This document shows positions 60,003-64,000 of a stretch of 64,000 nucleotides of DNA, piece after piece. The position numbers and the translations under genes are program-made. Within the stretch, counting starts at the first letter, position 1, and every line of letters starts with the position of its first letter. The notes beneath the pieces were generated by a model that saw only the letters and a program-made list of their open reading frames with translations, made no database searches and was not told the DNA's origin. Source of the stretch: Chlamydiota bacterium (GTDB lineage: Bacteria; Chlamydiota; Chlamydiia; Chlamydiales; SM23-39); contig JBCAXK010000003.1 in NCBI GenBank assembly GCA_038534095.1, forward strand, positions 6,609 to 70,608. The letters run 5' to 3'.

Positions 60003-60832
60003 AACGCGAAAAATGCTTTTTTGATATGCTGATCAGATACATGAAGATATCCCTTGGTTGTTTCAATATCTTCATGACCAAGAAGCTCTTGGATCACCCG
60101 CAAATCGGCTCCATTTTCAAGAAGATGACTTGCAAAACAGTGCCTAAGGGTGTGGGGAGAAATCTTTCCTGGCAAACCAATTTTTTTTGCGTAGAATCGG
60201 AGTCTACGATAAATCGTAAAACGATCGACCGGCAAACCATTTTTTGTCAAAAATAGCGCCGGATGATCGTCGCTGCGAAAATGCAAATACCGGTCAATGG
60301 AAGTAAGGGCGTCCTTATGAATCGGTACCGTGCGTTCTTTTTTCCCCTTGCCTCTGACTTGAATGCCTTCTTCATCTACATCATGAATCGTTAGAGAAAC
60401 GCACTCAAACACCCGAATGCCTGAGGCGTACATGAGCTCAAAAATCGCTTGATCGCGGGCGCCAATTCTTGTAGAAATGTCGGGAGCTCTTAAAAGCTGC
60501 AAGATTTCTTCAAATGATAAAATATCGGGAAGGGTTTTTTCGACCGTAGAAGAAAAGATTTGTTGCCCTATCGCAGTTTTGGTGATGTTTTCATCATACA
60601 AAAATTGCATGAATGATTTGATGGCGCTCACTTTCCGAAAAAAGCTCGCAATTTTGTAACGGTGTTGGATGGAAGAAAAGTAGCGTATCAGATCCTCCTC
60701 TTCAATCAAGCTCCAAGGCTTTTGAAAAAAGGTTGAAAGCTGCTCCACATCGCTAAGATAAGCAGAAACCGTATGGACTGAAAGCCCCTTTTCAGCCTGC
60801 AAAGCGCTTCTAAACATCTGTAAAAGATCCAT
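59987..60832 (-). CDS. tyrosine recombinase, XerC/XerD family
   Basis: The N-terminal SAM-like domain (GLSVHTVSAYLSDVEQLSTFF) and the catalytic HTLRHCFASHLLENGADLRVIQELLGHEDIETTKGYLH. The 3' end overlaps the RND gene's 3' end by 16 nt (convergent genes). Confidence 0.88.
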   Translation of the reverse strand: MDLLQMFRSALQAEKGLSVHTVSAYLSDVEQLSTFFQKPWSLIEEEDLIRYFSSIQHRYKIASFFRKVSAIKSFMQFLYDENITKTAIGQQIFSSTVEKTLPDILSFEEILQLLRAPDISTRIGARDQAIFELMYASGIRVFECVSLTIHDVDEEGIQVRGKGKKERTVPIHKDALTSIDRYLHFRSDDHPALFLTKNGLPVDRFTIYRRLRFYAKKIGLPGKISPHTLRHCFASHLLENGADLRVIQELLGHEDIETTKGYLHVSDQHIKKAFFAFHPRP

Positions 60833-61012
60833 ACCTCTTTTTTACAGGATTTTTCAGAAAAAGGCAGCAACTCTCGAGGAATTTTCCTGCAAACTACCTC
60901 TAAGTAAGTCATTACCCTCTAGCATCGTGGAAAGATGGATCAGAAAAAACTGGAAGGCTCGTAGGATGAAATAGCTACCTATCCTATCTTGATTATAAGA
61001 GAGCCTTAACCA

Positions 61013-61657
61013 TTACTCGCTTGTCAAAACTTGACTGCAGATTGTTTGCGCGTTTTCTAACCGATCTTCGTAGGTTGGATCAGGGATGTTGTTCGGAGAA
61101 AGGGGTTGATGCATCAACTTTTTTGCATAAAAGACAATGCTTTTGTAGTCACCGTGAGGATGGTCTTTTAGGTACTGTTTCAGTTCCCTATTTTTCGCAC
61201 CTGCTTCTGCGTATTTTTCAGGGTCACTCCAGGTAATCGAGATTTTTTGTTTCACAAGGTTTAGGTAAGGAAAATAGGTATTTTCTTGGCTACCTTCTAA
61301 CACCAAAGAGCTGATTTCTTTTTTCTCGTCAGAAACTTGGCTCTCTTCTGACAGGCGTATCAAAGAAACAGGATAACGGGACCTGTAAAGGATAGATCCT
61401 ACTACAGGGATGGCTTCAAGTAGACCGATCCCTATATTACCGAGACCGTGAGACACATGAATCCATGCGTGTTTTGTTAAGGAAGAATCTCTGCGCGTAA
61501 ATAAGCGAGCAATGATGCCTAAACTCATGCCGACTAAGGATTGGACTACGCCGAATACCACCTTGAGACTTCCAGATAGAGTACCTAAGACAGGGTAGGC
61601 AGAAAGGTAACTAAGGGTTCTTTCTGTTTGATAAATAGATTGATAGATATTTTGCAT
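61013..61657 (-). CDS. hypothetical membrane protein
   Basis: 214-aa ORF with two Gly-rich hydrophobic segments in the N-terminal half (about aa 15-53 and 70-91). An AT-rich tract lies upstream at 61658-61800. Confidence 0.55.
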   Translation of the reverse strand: MQNIYQSIYQTERTLSYLSAYPVLGTLSGSLKVVFGVVQSLVGMSLGIIARLFTRRDSSLTKHAWIHVSHGLGNIGIGLLEAIPVVGSILYRSRYPVSLIRLSEESQVSDEKKEISSLVLEGSQENTYFPYLNLVKQKISITWSDPEKYAEAGAKNRELKQYLKDHPHGDYKSIVFYAKKLMHQPLSPNNIPDPTYEDRLENAQTICSQVLTSE

Positions 61658-61987
61658 TTTTTAAATTACCATTGGTTTCATTACTTAAAATGATAACAAA
61701 ATATTTCATTTTTTTAAATTTTTATTATTATATTAATGTTTTTTATATTTTGTACCACGAGAAAAAAAACAAGTTATTGAATTTTAAAAGGTTAGAACAA
61801 ATATCAAAAACTGCCCTGATGGCTATGGTGCGTGGATATCAAGATCTTCGGATGCAAATGGGACGGTTCCTCCCCTTCGCCTCACTACCTGTCAAAAAAA
61901 TCGCCCTAGAAACCCACATATCTCCCTAAAGTCTTAGGAAAGGCAGTCTTTTGCAACTTTCTCATTTTCAACGGGTTGATTATTTTT

Positions 61988-62398
61988 TTAGTTGGGGTTG
62001 CTTCGAGCTCTTGATCGACGAGTTTTTCTTAATGCACAAATACTTTGGGACCAGGCAAAAATACCAATGGCTTGGTGGTGGATTTCCCTACACAATACTT
62101 CTTCATCTTGCTTTATGGTGTTTATGCACAAAAGAAACGTATATTCTTCTTCAGAGAAAGCTTCCTTTAAAAAGATATATCCATCTTTTTTTATGAAAGT
62201 AGGCCAAAAAAACTCAAGAAAATCGAACAACATTTTGGGCTCAATGAACTTGTCTTGAATAAGCCAAAATAAAAGAGTATATATAGAAGACTTGTTATTG
62301 CTCATTTTAACTCTTACTGATCCTTTAGGGATTTCATCAGACGTTGGTCTTCTTGCTTCGGGCTTAACTGGCCTGGGCCTATTAGGTGTAATAGACAA
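61988..62398 (-). CDS. hypothetical protein, possibly an orphan immunity-like gene (likely start Met32 at 62305)
   Basis: The ORF opens at a TTG at 62398, inside a palindrome. The core from MSNNKSSIYTLLFWLIQDKF... is a small acidic/aromatic protein, and the preceding 31 codons are a Pro/Arg-rich tail. Confidence 0.4.
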   Translation of the reverse strand: MSITPNRPRPVKPEARRPTSDEIPKGSVRVKMSNNKSSIYTLLFWLIQDKFIEPKMLFDFLEFFWPTFIKKDGYIFLKEAFSEEEYTFLLCINTIKQDEEVLCREIHHQAIGIFAWSQSICALRKTRRSRARSNPN

Positions 62399-62427
62399 GA
62401 CATAATCGTACGGTTATGTCTTGTCTA
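62392..62427. repeat. 36-nt near-perfect palindrome
   Basis: tagacaagacat aatcgtacggtt atgtcttgtcta: the 12-nt arms are perfect reverse complements, and the central 12 nt are palindromic apart from one symmetric mismatch pair. Confidence 0.9.
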
Positions 62428-62471
62428 TTACATTTTAGCTCTTTTTCTACTCACTGCCTTTTTCCGTCAAC

Positions 62472-62956
62472 CTATGTTTCGAATTTCTCAATTTTAGCAT
62501 GATATAATTCTGCTAACTTTTCCATTAATAGTTTGTTTTCTGAATATATTTCGAAATAAGAAGTATCAAATACTCTTATTTCTATCAAAACACCATCAAG
62601 ATCTAAAGAGCGAAATGGTTCGTCTTCGTTTCCTACACACAAATCCAATTCACTCAGGTTAGTTTGATTTTTCTTTATAATTGCTACGAAAATTCCAGAC
62701 AAAAATTGATCTATATTTTCGCATAAATCTATTAAAGATGGATCACCACCTAATTTTTTTAATTGGAATGATTCTATTCCTAACTTCTGGGGTATGGGAG
62801 AAATAGCATCAATATCTGCACAAAACCAACTATGCGGTTAATTAAATCAGACAGGTTTTTGATAATAGACAGTAGTTGAGATCCAAGGCAAACTGCTTGC
62901 CCGTTGGAAAAGACTTTCGCATCTAGTCGAATTAAATATTTTGGCTCAAACATCAT
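62472..62956 (-). pseudogene. frameshifted small ORF (immunity-like position) downstream of the toxin-like fragment
   Basis: Frame 1 starts at ATGATG (62951-62956) and stops at 62780-62782 (58 aa). Frame 2 is open from 62837 to the stop at 62472 with no ATG near its beginning. The two frames overlap over 62783-62837. Codons were checked by hand. Confidence 0.45.
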
Positions 62957-62967
62957 TGCATCTCTCT

Positions 62968-63485
62968 TTAAGATAAGGGTTCAGCTTCAGGGGATCTTTG
63001 AGGAGTCCCTCCAGTTGGGTTTGGTTTCCACTTATGCTCGTGTGGATTCGGATGATTCTTTGGACGACCATGATCAGTAAAATCAATATCCTTCACCGGT
63101 TTTCCTTGCGCATCAAACTCTCTTGCTTGTGGATATTTTCCCTTGGTGCCATCTTTTGTACCTAATTGGGTATGAGCACCGTCTGCCTCCGGAACAGGCT
63201 CTTTAGTTCGGGATCACGAGGCAATGGACGATCAGGAACATAGATGTCCGTATTTTTCCATGAAATATCAGAAAATTTAATATCCTGGGCATGATAAGTT
63301 GTCGTGGCAAGGCCGGCTCCGATTAAAGCTGCTCCAGTGCTTGTTGTTAAGCCTATCCCTATCGTAAACCCACCAACTGTTGCTACTTCTAGAGAAAAAC
63401 CACCTACCATAATAGCTGAACCTAGGTGTTTGGTCCCAGAGTGTGGTTGTGTGAATTGTGGCCATTTTTGATCGAAATTAACAGG
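62968..63485 (-). pseudogene. frameshifted, N-terminally truncated toxin-C-terminus-like fragment
   Basis: Frame A is open from 63485 to the stop at 63162 and includes MVGGFSLEVATVGGFTIGIGLTTSTGAALIGAGLATTTY. Frame B is open from 63213 to the stop at 62968 and encodes SRTKEPVPEADGAHTQLGTKDGTKGKYPQAREFDAQGKPVKDIDFTDHGRPKNHPNPHEHKWKPNPTGGTPQRSPEAEPLS with no start codon. The next ORF begins 12 nt after the stop. Confidence 0.5.
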
Positions 63486-63690
63486 TTATTCCCTAGGCGC
63501 CAAGCATTTCTGTTGAAATCGCTCCGGCAGATATTTTGATAAAAAATATGTACTTTTTGCAAATCTCTCAAAGCGCTCGATAGTGATCAAAATGCATATT
63601 TTTGCCAGTTTTTAAAAAAAAAGTATATCTCAATATCTCTCTCAAACCATCGAAAAATACGTAATCATAAAATATTTATCGATAGCTTAC

Positions 63691-64000
63691 CTAGGTAATA
63701 TCGATCATAGCGCTATTTTCTTCAGGCATGTTTTCTACAAAAAGAATGTCTATTATAGGTTCCTTTTCTCGAAAACAAGCAAAGATTTTCGGAATCACTC
63801 CGCTGTCTACAATTAGCCATAAAAGTCCTGAGAGAATGTTGATAAAACCAGTTATGCGGGCCGATTCTTTTCCTTCACTAGCAATAACAATGGAAGCTAA
63901 GCTGACCAAAGCGGCGAGTATCAGAGCGATATGCACCGTAACTGTTTGCCTATGATCTTGAAAAATCGCTTGCTCAATACTTGCTGCCTTTTCTCTAGAA
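63691..64000 (-). CDS. hypothetical membrane protein, 5' end beyond the window edge (partial)
   Basis: The frame is open to nt 64000 (…SREKAASIEQAIFQDHRQTVTVHIALILAALVSLASIVIASEG KESAR ITGFINILSGLLWLIVDSGVIPKIFA…). Two adjacent hydrophobic helices are separated by a short loop. Confidence 0.5.
   Translation of the reverse strand, partial: SREKAASIEQAIFQDHRQTVTVHIALILAALVSLASIVIASEGKESARITGFINILSGLLWLIVDSGVIPKIFACFREKEPIIDILFVENMPEENSAMIDIT

Noticed and set aside
59987-60832. Tyrosine recombinase considered as an island integrase for the adjacent accessory stretch
   Set aside because: Its length, N-terminal SAM-like domain and C-terminal HxLRHxxATHLL...GH...T..Y pattern fit chromosomal XerC/XerD. 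No att-like repeats or tRNA gene flank the accessory region. The adjacency is noted, but no mobile element is called.

Overview
The gene content and local gene order match a Chlamydia-like chromosome (phylum Chlamydiota). An RND efflux operon, an L,D-transpeptidase and many orphan genes suggest an 'environmental' chlamydia rather than Chlamydiaceae. Lineage is inferred from synteny recalled from memory, not from a search.

Housekeeping blocks:
- acpS, then trxB coupled to a beta-barrel OMP
- fabH-fabD-fabG-acpP (minus strand) diverging from recR-bamA-skp-lpxD-corA
- pdhA-pdhB-pdhC (minus strand)
- dnaQ-like exonuclease plus an SDR
- ldt-accA-msbA (minus strand), an HU/IHF protein and tyrS
- rpiA, ptsH and pepF
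- groES-groEL with a sigma70-like promoter, a degenerate CIRCE operator and a clean intrinsic terminator
- cyclophilin, a CaCA exchanger, DUF378, a YfcH-like SDR and a Yip1-like membrane protein
- gatCAB, OMF-MFP-RND efflux and a Xer recombinase

I found no rRNA, tRNA, CRISPR array or intact IS element.

Lineage-specific islets sit between the core blocks. The most interesting are:
1. A three-gene module (2637-7085): a polytopic carrier-like protein fused to HEAT repeats, an overlapping cNMP-binding ORF, and a HAMP sensor with a degenerate SpoIIE/PP2C domain.
2. A D-amino-acid-oxidase family protein (23113-24249) that reads as a circular permutation behind a signal peptide.
3. A 1201-aa A/T-rich orphan protein (35566-39171) with a recurring helix motif spaced about 70-85 aa apart.
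4. An orphan gene with a very AT-rich leader, flanked by imperfect direct repeats (17211-18370), between corA and the pdh operon.
5. A decayed toxin-C-terminus/immunity-like cassette array beyond the Xer gene (61988-63485). Each of the two main reading frames is broken by a frameshift.

All functional calls rest on motif recognition by eye. HMM, BLAST and structure checks are named where they would be decisive.
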